From Candidatus Kuenenia stuttgartensis (GTDB lineage Bacteria; Planctomycetota; Planctomycetia; Planctomycetales; Planctomycetaceae): a DNA stretch of 64,000 nt. The position numbers and the translations under genes were made by a program. Positions 1-9,489 of the stretch are shown in pieces; position 1 is the first letter of the stretch, and every line of letters starts with the position of its first letter. Location of the stretch: contig CAMAWN010000007.1 in NCBI GenBank assembly GCA_945861865.1, forward strand, positions 2,047-66,046, given 5' to 3'. The notes under the pieces were generated by a model. That model worked only from the letters and a program-made list of their open reading frames with translations, made no database searches and was not told the origin of the DNA.

Positions 1-339
1 GTCGGAATGCAGATCGCCATGATGCGGCAGGTAGACTCGCTCTGGTTTCAGCTCTAAAAAGTGCTTCGCCAGCGCGTCGGCGATCAGATGTCCCGGAGTC
101 ACATCCAATCGCGGCGCATGGAAATCGAGAAACCTTGTCTCGCGCACACCCAAGATTGCATGCGCCATCCGAGCTTCTGCCTGAGTCCGTTCGACCGACT
201 CATCGGAATACAAATCGGGCGCACCGCGCGTCGCGACGACGACGAATACTTCGTCCCCTTCGGCCGCGTGCCGAGCCATCACGCCGCCGCAGCCTAAGAC
301 TTCGTCGTCCGGATGCGGAGCAATCACCACGATTCGCAT
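1..339 (-). CDS. PIG-L/LmbE-family deacetylase (N-terminal 113 codons; the gene runs off the window edge)
   Basis: Absent from the ORF track because it is open at the window edge. The reverse complement of 339..1 starts with ATG and reads MRIVVIAPHPDDEVLGCGGVMARHAAEGDEVFVVVATRGAPDLYSDESVERTQAEARMAHAILGVRETRFLDFHAPRLDVTPGHLIADALAKHFLELKPERVYLPHHGDLHSD. The PHPDDxxxGxGG motif is the metal-binding signature of the PIG-L/LmbE fold. The start lies 4 nt after the stop of the upstream formyltransferase. Confidence 0.8.
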   Translation of the reverse strand, partial: MRIVVIAPHPDDEVLGCGGVMARHAAEGDEVFVVVATRGAPDLYSDESVERTQAEARMAHAILGVRETRFLDFHAPRLDVTPGHLIADALAKHFLELKPERVYLPHHGDLHSD

Positions 340-343
340 GACT

Positions 344-1339
344 TCAACCCTTGATCAACTTTTCCAACTCGGCGATGCGTGCCTTGAGCTGATTGATTTC
401 GTCCTCGACGACATAACCGAGCCGTTGCCCAACCGCCAGCTTCGGCGGCTGTGAGATGTCGCCATCAGCCACCGCGACTTCGCTCAACCACAAAAGTCCG
501 TCGCCCGTTTGCACGAGCACCCCGCGTTGTGGATCAGTCAGCAGAACGCGGCCGATCACTCCGCGAAACGGAGTCATCGTGTCTAACTCCGCCCGCCACA
601 CAAGCAGCTTGCGATCCTTGAGAAACGTGAACGCTCCCGGATGCGGCCGACTCGCCGCACGAATCAGAGCGTCGATCTCGCGCGCGGATTTGTTCCAGTC
701 GATCCAACCGTCTTCGGGAGCACGCTTGCCGTGATACGTCGCCGCTGTGTCGTCTTGCGGCTGTGGATTCCACTCGCCGGACAGCAGACTCGGCAACCAG
801 CGATCCAACGCGCGCACGATCGCCTGTTCGAGCGACGCCGTGACCTGCTCCGCATCATCGGTCGGCCGCACGTCGAACGGCTCTTGCACGAGGATCGGCC
901 CGCTGTCGGCTCCCTCGTCCATCACGAAGAACGTCACCGCACCGGGAGTCGCGTCAAGCACCAGCCAGGCCACCGGTGCTCGGCCGCGGCCGCGCGGCAA
1001 GCACGTCGGATGAAATCCGATGCACGCCAACGTCGGCACTGACAGCAACTCGGCTTTGACAAGCTGCGACAAGCCGACCACGAACAGCAGATCCGGCTGC
1101 CATTCACGAACCTGCGCGACGACCTCCGGCTCGTTGAGTTTCTGAAAGCCGACACACGGCACACCCGCCTCGATGGCGACATCGTGCAGCCGAGCGTACC
1201 CACTGACCGCCGTCGAATCGTCCGGTTGAAGTTCCAGCACGCCGACCACGTTCGCTCGGTGACTCAGCAGCGCTAGCAAGGTCAGCCGGCTGCTGCCGAC
1301 GCTCCCTGCCAGCACGATGCGAAGTCCAGACGCGGTCAT
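344..1339 (-). CDS. Formyltransferase (Fmt/ArnA-N-like) with a C-terminal Fmt-C-like domain
   Basis: 331 aa with an ATG start. The formyltransferase core motif is present as IGFHPTCLPRGRGRAPVAWLVLD...FFVMDEGADSGPILVQE (catalytic His and Asp contexts). The C-terminal part resembles the Fmt C-domain (RPHPGAFTFL...). The protein ends in a short coiled-coil-like tail, EINQLKARIAELEKLIKG. Confidence 0.85.
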   Translation of the reverse strand: MTASGLRIVLAGSVGSSRLTLLALLSHRANVVGVLELQPDDSTAVSGYARLHDVAIEAGVPCVGFQKLNEPEVVAQVREWQPDLLFVVGLSQLVKAELLSVPTLACIGFHPTCLPRGRGRAPVAWLVLDATPGAVTFFVMDEGADSGPILVQEPFDVRPTDDAEQVTASLEQAIVRALDRWLPSLLSGEWNPQPQDDTAATYHGKRAPEDGWIDWNKSAREIDALIRAASRPHPGAFTFLKDRKLLVWRAELDTMTPFRGVIGRVLLTDPQRGVLVQTGDGLLWLSEVAVADGDISQPPKLAVGQRLGYVVEDEINQLKARIAELEKLIKG

Positions 1340-1498
1340 GTGAGATTTGCCTCAGAAATGGAATTCCTTCAAGCGAAGACGAGGGAAACGTAGCCGTCAT
1401 CGCTCCGCGTGACGAGCCGAGCGCTTCACCGCGACCACATTTCCAGTCATTGGATCGAACGCGAAGCGTCATTGCTTGAGTTCCGAAACCGTGTTCAC

Positions 1499-2491
1499 TC
1501 AGGCCGGCATTTCGGGATGCAGTTCTTGTCGCCGCAATTCGTCCAGCCGAGACTTTCCGCCGCAGAGTTCGAGGTACTCGGTGAAATCGCCGCAGCCGAA
1601 GAGGTACTTGTCGAGGAACGCCTGATGTGCGGTTGGGTCTTCCTCGACCGTCAGCCATTGCCGCAAATGAACTTCGTCCGAGTAGTACTCATAGGGCATG
1701 TTGCCGGGATAGCTGCCGAACGGCACTTCGCAGACGGCATCGACGCAGAAGAACGGGATTGCGGTCGCCGTCGGATCACGACGGATTTCGTCGTTCGAGA
1801 TCAGACGTTCGCAGCTCACGACAACGTGTTTCGCCGCACGAGCCACCGTGATGTCGGCCACCGACGTGCCACGGATGCGGGCGTTGCCGTAGCAGTCGGC
1901 CTCGTGGACGTGAATGATCGCCACATCCGGCCAGAGCGCCGGGATCGCGGCATATTGTGCGTCGGTGAACGGGCAGGTGATCGGTTTGGCCGCGCTGTGC
2001 TCGAACGTGTCAGTCCCCACCAGACTTCGCGCGGGCAAGAACGACACTCCCATCGCCGCCGCCTGGAACCGCAACGCGAGTGTGTAGTTGGACCACTCGC
2101 AGAGTTCGACTTGCCCATTCTCAACGACTCGCCGCGCATGCGGCGACAAGCCACGAGCCTCCAGGCCGATGATGTACGCGGCATCAACTCGCCTCAACAG
2201 CTGTCCGCGCCCCGTGAGGTTTCCGGCTGTGAGAATCTGAAAGTCATGCGTCGCGGTGTGTCCGGCGAAGCCGAGGTTCTGCTTGCGTTGCCGCACGATC
2301 TCGTGCAGCAACGCGGTGGAAATACGATCCGCTCCGAAGCCACCCGACGCGAGGTAATCGCCGTCGTGAACGAATTGCCGCACGGCTTCCGGGACCGACA
2401 TGACCTTGTCGACAAGCCGCTTTGGCTTGCCCCGAAAAAACGCTCGCGCGTCGTCCGCATCAGGATTGGTGAAAAGCGGTCCGTGTCCCAC
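1499..2491 (-). CDS. CoA-transferase family I, subunit-A-like (glutaconate/3-oxoacid CoA-transferase alpha type)
   Basis: 330 aa. DKVMSVPEAVRQFVHDGDYLASGGFG matches the typical N-terminus of alpha subunits (KVMsl.eAv...v.dGd.i..gGF). The track start is GTG; an internal ATG at 2401 is an alternative start. No subunit-B gene is adjacent. Confidence 0.75.
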   Translation of the reverse strand: MGHGPLFTNPDADDARAFFRGKPKRLVDKVMSVPEAVRQFVHDGDYLASGGFGADRISTALLHEIVRQRKQNLGFAGHTATHDFQILTAGNLTGRGQLLRRVDAAYIIGLEARGLSPHARRVVENGQVELCEWSNYTLALRFQAAAMGVSFLPARSLVGTDTFEHSAAKPITCPFTDAQYAAIPALWPDVAIIHVHEADCYGNARIRGTSVADITVARAAKHVVVSCERLISNDEIRRDPTATAIPFFCVDAVCEVPFGSYPGNMPYEYYSDEVHLRQWLTVEEDPTAHQAFLDKYLFGCGDFTEYLELCGGKSRLDELRRQELHPEMPA

Positions 2492-2566
2492 GTTCGTCGC
2501 CCCCAGAACATTTCAAGAGACGAACTTCGTAACGAATCGACCGCATCGACGAAAGGCTTAGTCGCG

Positions 2567-5074
2567 TCAGTTCGCGCCGAAGATCACCAGCGCTTCTTCG
2601 TGAGTCAGCGGCTTCTTGAACTGGTCGGATTGCAGTTCGACTTGCAGCTTCGAATCTCCGGTCTGAATCGCCTTGAGCGTCAGGTCGAAGTGGACGTTGC
2701 CTTGGCCGCCGATTTCGTGGATCGGCTCGAAGATGATTTCGCGTCCGCTGGTCGTGTGGCTGGCGGGGCCGCGCACCGAAACGAATTGCAGTTCGGCCGG
2801 CAGGGTCACTCGGACGGCGACGTTCGACGCCGCTCCCGAACCCTTGTTGCGGACCACCATGCGGGTCGTGAACTGCTCGCCCTTCGAATAAGCCTCGGCT
2901 TTCTCGGTGAACTCGATCTTGAGATCTGAGGTACCGATCGCGCGGAACTGATAATCGGTCGAGGCTCCCTTGCGATTGTTCTCGCTGATTTGCACCGAGC
3001 CGGCATGATTCCCGATCGCCTTCGGCACGACCTTGATTTTCAATGACAACGTTTGATTCGGATCGAGATGCGGGACATGCCACGTCACGGTGCGTTGCTT
3101 CGTGTCGAAGCGGCCACCTTCGGAAGCGGAGACGAACTCGACGGTGTTCGGCAACGATTCGACGATCACTGTGTTGTTGGTCGGGTTCAGTGAGTTGTTC
3201 GTCAGACGATTCTCGAACTCAATCGGACGGCCGACAAACCAATTGGTTTGACCGTGCCGCGACAGACCAACGATCTGGCCGATGACGTTGATCTCAACTT
3301 GCTGCTCAGCGGCAGATGCGCCGTCCACCGAGATCACCGCGCGATTCACAACTTTGCCCGGACGAACCGCGGTCAGTGGCAATTGGATCGTCTGCGACTT
3401 GCCGGCGGGCAACGTACCCATGTCGTATTCGAGGTCTCGTTCGGCGACGTCGGGCAGCTTCAGATTTTCGGGGATCATGTTTCGCAACACGACCCGATGC
3501 GCATCGACGCTGCCGTTGTTCGTAACCAAAAAGTTGAGAGTCACGATCTCGTTGACTCGGACTTGCGGAGCCGCCGTCAGTTTGACACTGAGCTTCGGCG
3601 AGGCGATCGTCGTGCGCGACGAAACCTCGGCGGTGAAGTTCACCGTCGCGACGCTGCCGACTTGGCCTTCGGCCACCGGCACGACTTTGACTTGAATCTC
3701 CTTCAGATCCCCCGGCTTGATCGTGCCGAGCCGCCAGATCAGCTTCTTTCCGGTTAGTTCCGCTCGCGGGATCGTGCCGGAGAGTTTGGTCCCCATTGGG
3801 ATTTGATCTTCGACGACAACCGCGTTCGCCGCGCTGTCGCCGACGTTGCGAATCACGATCGTGTAAACCATCGGTTGGTTCAGTGTCGCATTCGGCGGAG
3901 CGATCTTTTCAATTTTTAATTCCGGTCGCTGCGGTCCGCGCGGAGCATCGGCTCGGACGGTGCCGTCACCCGCGACCGACTCGCCGTGTTCCTGCGTTTC
4001 GATCGGCGAGGCATTCGTGGACTTCAGGCGATTCGGAATCGTCACGTCGCCAGACGTGTGTCGTGCCTTGATCGGCACGGCCGGCGGCATATCGGCATCA
4101 TCGGGGAGCGGCGGCAATTCGAGTGGATCTTCCGCGGGAGGCACGGGCAGATCGGGAATGCGTGACTTGCCATTGATCGCCTTCGGCGGACTGTCCGCAA
4201 AGAGATTCTCTTCGTCGTCGAGCGGCGACTTCTTCGGCGCGCGTTTGATCGGTTTGTCGTCGAAGTTTGGCTCATCCAGATCGAGTGTCACTCCGCGAGG
4301 TTCGCGCGTGCCGCCGGTCTGCGTGATTGGTTCCCGCGACGGCGCGGTGAGTCGATCGTCCGTGCGCGGCTGATCGTTGGCGGCCAATCGGTCGATCTCA
4401 GCCAGGATCGCTTCCGGCGTGTCTTCGAGCGGGCCGAACGTCGCGGACAAGTCCGCCGCCTCGGCCGCCTTCAACCGAGCCTCGTCGAGCAGCCCAGAGT
4501 CGACCAGTTTGCGAGCCGACTTGATCAATTCTTGAGCTTGCTTCTTGGCGTTCTTCGGCATCGAGATCGGTTTGGCATCTTCGTCGAACACGGGCAACGG
4601 CTCGGCGGTCGTGCCGGTCTTTGTCGAGTCAGAAAACTCTTCGAGTGACAATCCCTCGCGTGGCGTGCGTTTCGTTTTTGATGCCGATGATGGCTCGGCC
4701 TGATTCGATGAAATCTCTTCGTCGAAAGCATCGAACGACGCACGCGAGGCCGGCTGACGAGCGGATGTCTTCCGCGGAGACAGATCCTCGAACGCAGATT
4801 CGAGCGAATCGACTTCTTCCGGATCCGGCCGGCGCGAGTTCAAACTCAAGCGTTGCGGCTCGGTGTTTCCTTCGGGCGGATCGTGGCTGAATTCCGGCGA
4901 TGATTGCGAGCCGAAATCTTCGAGCGGCTTAAAGTCCTCAATGCGGACTTTCTGGTTGGACTTGGCCGTCTCTTTCGGAGACATGCTTCGCTGAACCTGC
5001 AGCAGTCCCAGCAGTCCCAAACCAACGCACCCCGCCAACGCCGTCAATTTCCAAATCGAATTGCCGCTTTGCAT
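2567..5074 (-). CDS. Membrane-anchored DUF11-repeat ('conserved repeat domain') surface protein
   Basis: 835 aa with an ATG start preceded by a GGGGGAAGGGA SD-like run. It has one N-terminal hydrophobic helix (LTALAGCVGLGLLGLLQV). About 370 aa of acidic/Pro-rich low-complexity sequence follow. Four repeats of about 110 aa of the DUF11 type come next, for example QPMVYTIVIRNVGDSAANAVVVEDQIP, VTLNFLVTNNGSVDAHRVVLRNMIP, IEFENRLTNNSLNPTNNTVIVESLP and FTTRMVVRNKGSGAASNVAVRVTLP. Confidence 0.75.
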   Translation of the reverse strand: MQSGNSIWKLTALAGCVGLGLLGLLQVQRSMSPKETAKSNQKVRIEDFKPLEDFGSQSSPEFSHDPPEGNTEPQRLSLNSRRPDPEEVDSLESAFEDLSPRKTSARQPASRASFDAFDEEISSNQAEPSSASKTKRTPREGLSLEEFSDSTKTGTTAEPLPVFDEDAKPISMPKNAKKQAQELIKSARKLVDSGLLDEARLKAAEAADLSATFGPLEDTPEAILAEIDRLAANDQPRTDDRLTAPSREPITQTGGTREPRGVTLDLDEPNFDDKPIKRAPKKSPLDDEENLFADSPPKAINGKSRIPDLPVPPAEDPLELPPLPDDADMPPAVPIKARHTSGDVTIPNRLKSTNASPIETQEHGESVAGDGTVRADAPRGPQRPELKIEKIAPPNATLNQPMVYTIVIRNVGDSAANAVVVEDQIPMGTKLSGTIPRAELTGKKLIWRLGTIKPGDLKEIQVKVVPVAEGQVGSVATVNFTAEVSSRTTIASPKLSVKLTAAPQVRVNEIVTLNFLVTNNGSVDAHRVVLRNMIPENLKLPDVAERDLEYDMGTLPAGKSQTIQLPLTAVRPGKVVNRAVISVDGASAAEQQVEINVIGQIVGLSRHGQTNWFVGRPIEFENRLTNNSLNPTNNTVIVESLPNTVEFVSASEGGRFDTKQRTVTWHVPHLDPNQTLSLKIKVVPKAIGNHAGSVQISENNRKGASTDYQFRAIGTSDLKIEFTEKAEAYSKGEQFTTRMVVRNKGSGAASNVAVRVTLPAELQFVSVRGPASHTTSGREIIFEPIHEIGGQGNVHFDLTLKAIQTGDSKLQVELQSDQFKKPLTHEEALVIFGAN

Positions 5075-5278
5075 GGGATTCCCTTCCCCCGAAACGTGGG
5101 CAGGCTTCCAACCTGCCCGTGACCAATTGGCACGTTGAAAACGTGCCCCACGACCAGCAACAACCGCCGCTGTGAATCGTGTTTTCGCAAGCCACGAAAG
5201 CCAGCCACCCTCGGCAGTCGCGGCATTACATATCAGATGGGCGAAAACGGGTGAAGACGAGTTTCGGGGAATCTAGGC

Positions 5279-6148
5279 TCACTCCTGCCGAGTGGCGACG
5301 AACGCGAATTTGCGGCTGGCCATCGTGGCGGTGCCGGCCATCGTGGACTTGTCCGTCGTGAAAAGAAACGCGTCGACCGAGATTTGCGAGTTGGCAAGAT
5401 CGATCTCCAGCTTGGCTTGATGCGGGACGTTGGAGACCTTGCCGTAGAGTTCGTAACGACTCTTCGTGTCGTCGGAAACGAACTTGCCGAGCACCGTGCG
5501 CTGCTCATCGACGTTGATTTCCCAAATGCCGGTCCAGCGTCCGTCGATGCTGACCTTCCAAGTGCCCGCAAAGTCGCGCGGCAAGACTCCGTCGTGATCG
5601 TTGGGATTCGGCTTGGCCGCATCCGCCGCCGGGAGTCGCGAGCCGTTCAGGCCGAACAACTTTGCATCGCCGACCGGTTTGACGACTCCCGCTTCGGTGA
5701 ACTCGATGTCCGCCCCGCTGCCGCTCGGCACGACCTGTCCGATGTCGAAGCTGAACGAGTGCCCGGCGAAGAGCATCACCTCTTTGCCGTTGGCGGTTGT
5801 CTGCCCCTCGCGATCACCGCGATAGGTGACGAAGCGTTCGAGCACCAAAACCGGCAGCGGTTGCTCGCGACCTTTGACCTTCCGCTGCCCCCACGACACC
5901 AGAGCCTTCGACCAATGCCCGTCGTTGGTCTGCACGATCAAACAAGGCGATCCGATCTTGGCCGAGAGCGGCTGCCACTTCGCGGCCGTCGCGGACGAGA
6001 GTTCCGCGAAAGCCGGTAACTCTTTCGTCGCGAGCTTCAGTTCCGCCAGCGAGTGCCGGTCAAACAGATCGCCAGCCGCGGCGAGGCTCGCACCAAAGAC
6101 AACAAAGCAAACAGCAGCGGTTCGGCACAGAGCAGAGTTTGGATTCAT
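5279..6148 (-). CDS. Secreted hypothetical protein (signal peptide, no recognised domain)
   Basis: I use the internal ATG at 6148 (M28 of the track ORF). This gives MNPNSALCRTAAVCFVVFGASLAAAGDLF, a classical signal peptide. The 27 residues upstream are Arg/Cys-rich and look non-coding. The amino-acid composition of the remaining 289 aa looks protein-like. Confidence 0.6.
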   Translation of the reverse strand: MNPNSALCRTAAVCFVVFGASLAAAGDLFDRHSLAELKLATKELPAFAELSSATAAKWQPLSAKIGSPCLIVQTNDGHWSKALVSWGQRKVKGREQPLPVLVLERFVTYRGDREGQTTANGKEVMLFAGHSFSFDIGQVVPSGSGADIEFTEAGVVKPVGDAKLFGLNGSRLPAADAAKPNPNDHDGVLPRDFAGTWKVSIDGRWTGIWEINVDEQRTVLGKFVSDDTKSRYELYGKVSNVPHQAKLEIDLANSQISVDAFLFTTDKSTMAGTATMASRKFAFVATRQE

Positions 6149-6680
6149 CAGGCAGACTCCCGGAATGAGGGCACAACGACATGGGCACGTCGGACGGAGC
6201 GGCGAGCATCTTCGGCAGCGTCTTCGCAACCGGCAAGCCGCTCACGCCGCGAAATTCTTGGCCGACACGAGTAGTTCGCCACTCTTCGCGAATTCGTATC
6301 ACGAGCAGCACTGCGACAACCGGAGGGTGGTTTTGACCGAAGTGGGCTGATCGACGACTTCGACAAAAGGTTGCCGTGCAAGGCGCGGTTAGAATTGGCC
6401 AACGCAAACCGCACGGGGCTTGTCCCGGTGGCTCGCGGGATGTTGCACGACTTCAACAATGTGATGTTTGCACGAGGAGATTCGGATTTGGACCACGGCC
6501 GCTCACCCGGCCGTTGAAGGAGAGGAGTCGGCTCAACCGGACCGCCCTGAAATCTGTTTCACCCGCCGAAGGATTCGGTGATGGTCGTTGCAGATGTCTC
6601 GTCGCCCGCTGAGGCCGATCGTCGGATTCACAGTCGGTGCCACCGGCTGGGTCCCCCAATGTTTCTCGGCAGTCGTCAGG

Positions 6681-6756
6681 GTAGCCCGACCCCTCGTGGG
6701 TCGGTCGATTCCTCAAATCGCAGGAATCATCCAGGCCACAAGGGCTTGGGCTACAG
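6681..6756. repeat. Palindromic intergenic repeat, family A (degraded copy)
   Basis: The left arm is gtagcccgacccctcgtgggtcggtcgattcc, followed by a 10-nt loop and the right arm ggaatcatccaggccacaagggcttgggctac(ag). By my hand pairing, 24 Watson-Crick plus 2 G-U pairs form out of 32 positions. The left arm is about 28/32 identical to the left arm of the element at 22210..22304. It translates to the spurious peptide PTHEGSGY in ORF 6453..6923. Confidence 0.6.
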
Positions 6757-6832
6757 GTTTGTCGCCGTCGTAGGGCATCTCGGCCAGCCACCGGGACAGG
6801 CTCGGTGAGTTTGCATTCTCGGAAGGTGAGCA

Positions 6833-8434
6833 ATGCTGTCGATTTCGCGGAAAATCTTGGTGCTGGCGTTGGTGGCGAGCTTCGGTTGTCAGACCGTTCC
6901 TCGGCCTGCGTCGTGGCAGACACGGCGTGTGCCCAGTTCGCCTCCGGTCACGACGTCACCGGCCGTGCCTCGCAGCAGTTCACCAGTGTGGCAGCCAACG
7001 CCGGCCGGCGGCAATGGGAAGCGAGTCCCCGATCCGACACCGGATCCACAAGCCAAGAGCAGCGGTGTAACTCTCTCAGGCAAGCTCAACGTGCAAGCCA
7101 ACAAGCCGGTCGTGCCCGGAGCGGAATCCCCTCAACTCCGCTTCACGCCGGTGCCGCCTCGAAGTTCGTCAGAGAAGGAGCCGACGAATGGAGCCGCTGT
7201 TGGTTCGCGCGATGTCCCAGTCGGCGAGACGACACCGAATGTGATCGTCTCGCCGCCGAAAACAGTCGTAAAAAAACAAAGCGACGTACCGAAGTCCGAC
7301 GCTGACAAGCCGGGCAGGCCGAGCCTCGGCTTTGAAGCGCTGCCACCGCCGAGCGACTTTGCGCCGGATAACTCAGCGGCAAACGGCTCGCCGCTGAATT
7401 TGAAAATCAAAGGCCAGGGACAACGGCCTGTCGGTGGGACGGTGACGCTTGACGTCGTCGTGCGCAACGACGGAACGGAGACGATGGCCAATGTGCTGGT
7501 CAAGGTTGAGTTCGAGGATGCGCTCGTCTTTCCCGGCAGCGAGGAGCGACGGCTGAAGAAAAATCTCGGCCAGTTGCTCCCCGGCCAATCGCGCGAGATG
7601 CGGCTGACGCTGACGAGCAGTCGGCTCGGTCAGCACGAATGCAAATTCTCCGTCACGGCGGACGGCATCGACCCGATCGAGCAGACCGCGAAGGTTGAGT
7701 TCATCGACGCGAAGTTGCTGGTGCGTCTGGTTGGCCCCGCTCGCCGCACGGTCGGCAGCCGCGCCGAGTTCACGGTCAAGGTCGCCAACACGTCCGACCA
7801 ACCGATCAACGACTTGCAGGTGACGCTGCATCACGACGCCGCGCTGACTCCGCACGTCGCGACCGGCGGTTTCCAGAAGGAAGAGCATTCGCTCCGTTGG
7901 TCGCTCGGCCGCTTGGAAGCCGGCGCGGGAGTCCAAGTCCAAGCCGAGTTCGATTGCCGGCAACTCTCCGAGCAAGCCTGCATCACGGCCGAGGCTCGCA
8001 GCGAGCAACTGTCTGCCGTTGCCGTCGAAGACTGCGTGACTGTCGTTGTTGTTCCCGGCCTGCTCGACCTGCGCGTCTCCGACCTCAACGATCCGGTCAA
8101 AGTCGGTGACGATGCCGAGTTCGCGATCACCGTGCAAAACCTCGGCTTGCAGTCCGTCTCCGAAGTGCAACTCGACGTGCAAACGTCCGAGCATCTTCAA
8201 GCCGGCACGCACGCCGCGAAACTCGACGACCGTGAAGTGACCCTGACGCAGACAGACCGCGATGGCACGTTGCGATTCCTCCTGCCGGACGCACTGCCAC
8301 CCGACGCGACGCTGCGCATCACGCTCCGAGCGAAAGTCCTCCGCCCTGGCGACGCCGAGTTGCGTGTGGTCGCGACGGTCGGCTCCGACGGCTCACCCGT
8401 CGAGACGACCGAGTTCACGTCGATCAATCCTTGA
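6833..8434 (+). CDS. Lipoprotein with DUF11-type repeats (surface protein)
   Basis: 533 aa, ATG preceded by GGAAGGTGAG. The leader is lipoprotein-type (MLSISRKILVLALVASFGC). A Pro/Ser-rich linker is followed by DUF11-like repeats, including TVTLDVVVRNDGTETMANVLVKVEFEDALVFP, AEFTVKVANTSDQPINDLQVTLHHD and DAEFAITVQNLGLQSVSEVQLDVQ. Confidence 0.75.
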   Translation: MLSISRKILVLALVASFGCQTVPRPASWQTRRVPSSPPVTTSPAVPRSSSPVWQPTPAGGNGKRVPDPTPDPQAKSSGVTLSGKLNVQANKPVVPGAESPQLRFTPVPPRSSSEKEPTNGAAVGSRDVPVGETTPNVIVSPPKTVVKKQSDVPKSDADKPGRPSLGFEALPPPSDFAPDNSAANGSPLNLKIKGQGQRPVGGTVTLDVVVRNDGTETMANVLVKVEFEDALVFPGSEERRLKKNLGQLLPGQSREMRLTLTSSRLGQHECKFSVTADGIDPIEQTAKVEFIDAKLLVRLVGPARRTVGSRAEFTVKVANTSDQPINDLQVTLHHDAALTPHVATGGFQKEEHSLRWSLGRLEAGAGVQVQAEFDCRQLSEQACITAEARSEQLSAVAVEDCVTVVVVPGLLDLRVSDLNDPVKVGDDAEFAITVQNLGLQSVSEVQLDVQTSEHLQAGTHAAKLDDREVTLTQTDRDGTLRFLLPDALPPDATLRITLRAKVLRPGDAELRVVATVGSDGSPVETTEFTSINP

Positions 8435-8443
8435 CCTTGAAAA

Positions 8444-8501
8444 GTAGTTCGGACGCCTACGTCCAAACTGACGATCGACCGGACGTGGGCGTCTGGTCGA
8501 C
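8444..8501. repeat. Palindromic intergenic repeat, family B
   Basis: gtagttcggacgcctacgtcc, a 16-nt loop, then ggacgtgggcgtctggtcgac. The left arm is near-identical to the reverse complement of 15503..15524 (gtagttcggatgcctacgtccg). A separate 7-8 bp hairpin follows at 8518..8538 (ggacggc-TTGAAAA-gccgtcc). Confidence 0.5.
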
Positions 8502-8555
8502 TTAACTCGAATCGCTTGGACGGCTTGAAAAGCCGTCCGACAAGGAAGGTCAATC

Positions 8556-9254
8556 ATGCCCAAAACGATTCTCGGCATCGGTGCACATTACGACGACTGC
8601 GTGTTCGGCATCTCCGGCACGCTGCTGAAGGCGGTGCGAAAAAATCATCGAGTCGTGATTCTCAGCCTGATCGGCGATTACTCGAACTGGAAACCGGCAG
8701 CGGGGCGGCACAAGGAAATCGTCGACGGGACGGTCAAGCTTGGCAAAGAGTACGGCGTGGAGATGCGGTTCCTCGACTTCACAGGGATGCGGTTCGACGT
8801 GAACCAAGCGACGAAGATCGCCGTCGCGGAAGCGATCACCGAGATTCAGCCGGACATCGCGTTCATGCTTTGGCCGCACGACAGCCATCCTGATCATGAA
8901 GTTGCATCGGCTTTGAGCAAGACCGCCCTGGGACACGGTGATCGGTTGCTCGACGGCGGTCAGGCTCAGCGGTTTCGCGGGACCGGCCGCATTTTCCAAT
9001 TCGACAATGGCCCGCGGCACACGGTCGGCTTCGAGCCAAACACGTTCGTGGATGTCACCGACGAATGGCCGCAAGCGATCACGTGGCTGGGCAAACTGAT
9101 GGCCTTAGTCCGCAACGAACCGTTTGACCCCGTCAAGCCCGACGGCGCGATGCGAACGAAGGAGAGTATTTCCGCCTATCGCGGTGCCACCTGCGGAGTC
9201 CGCTACGCTGAGGCTTTTCGCTCGACGAATGCCTATCCGCAAGAGATTCTGTGA
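8556..9254 (+). CDS. PIG-L/LmbE-family deacetylase (second copy in the window)
   Basis: 232 aa, ATG preceded by AAGGAAGG. ILGIGAHYDDCVFGISG is a variant of the AHPDD motif, and WPHDSHPDHEVA supplies the HxDH motif of the family. Confidence 0.8.
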   Translation: MPKTILGIGAHYDDCVFGISGTLLKAVRKNHRVVILSLIGDYSNWKPAAGRHKEIVDGTVKLGKEYGVEMRFLDFTGMRFDVNQATKIAVAEAITEIQPDIAFMLWPHDSHPDHEVASALSKTALGHGDRLLDGGQAQRFRGTGRIFQFDNGPRHTVGFEPNTFVDVTDEWPQAITWLGKLMALVRNEPFDPVKPDGAMRTKESISAYRGATCGVRYAEAFRSTNAYPQEIL

Positions 9255-9489
9255 ACGAATGCCGGACGCTCCGACCGATGATTCGCCAGAAAGGAACGAA
9301 GCCCCTCTCACCAAATTGACTTTGCTGATGGGTGGGAGTCTAATCCGACCCTTCGTTTCCCGGCGGAAGATCGTCTGAGAGGGCGCGAAACCGTGAAACG
9401 CGACGCTGGAGCGTCCCACTGCTCGGTGGGCTTCCGATCCAGTTTGCTCGCATCGTCGGGAACAACTCAAACTTAGCGGAGGTTTCTCA

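Noticed and set aside
6453-6923. A 156-aa minus-strand ORF, and the N-terminal 54 codons of ORF 20622..22256, both containing the peptide PTHEGSGY.
   Set aside because: The shared peptide is the translation of the family-A palindromic DNA repeat. The flanking translation is not protein-like, and better starts exist downstream for the real gene.
9264-9416. A possible structured RNA in the spacer before the cytochrome c gene, from complementary segments ggacgctcc/ggagcgtcc, gaacgaag/cttcgttt and cccctctc/gagaggg.
   Set aside because: The helices are short and are not consistently nested; two of them would require a pseudoknot. I cannot assess conservation, so this is insufficient to call an RNA element.
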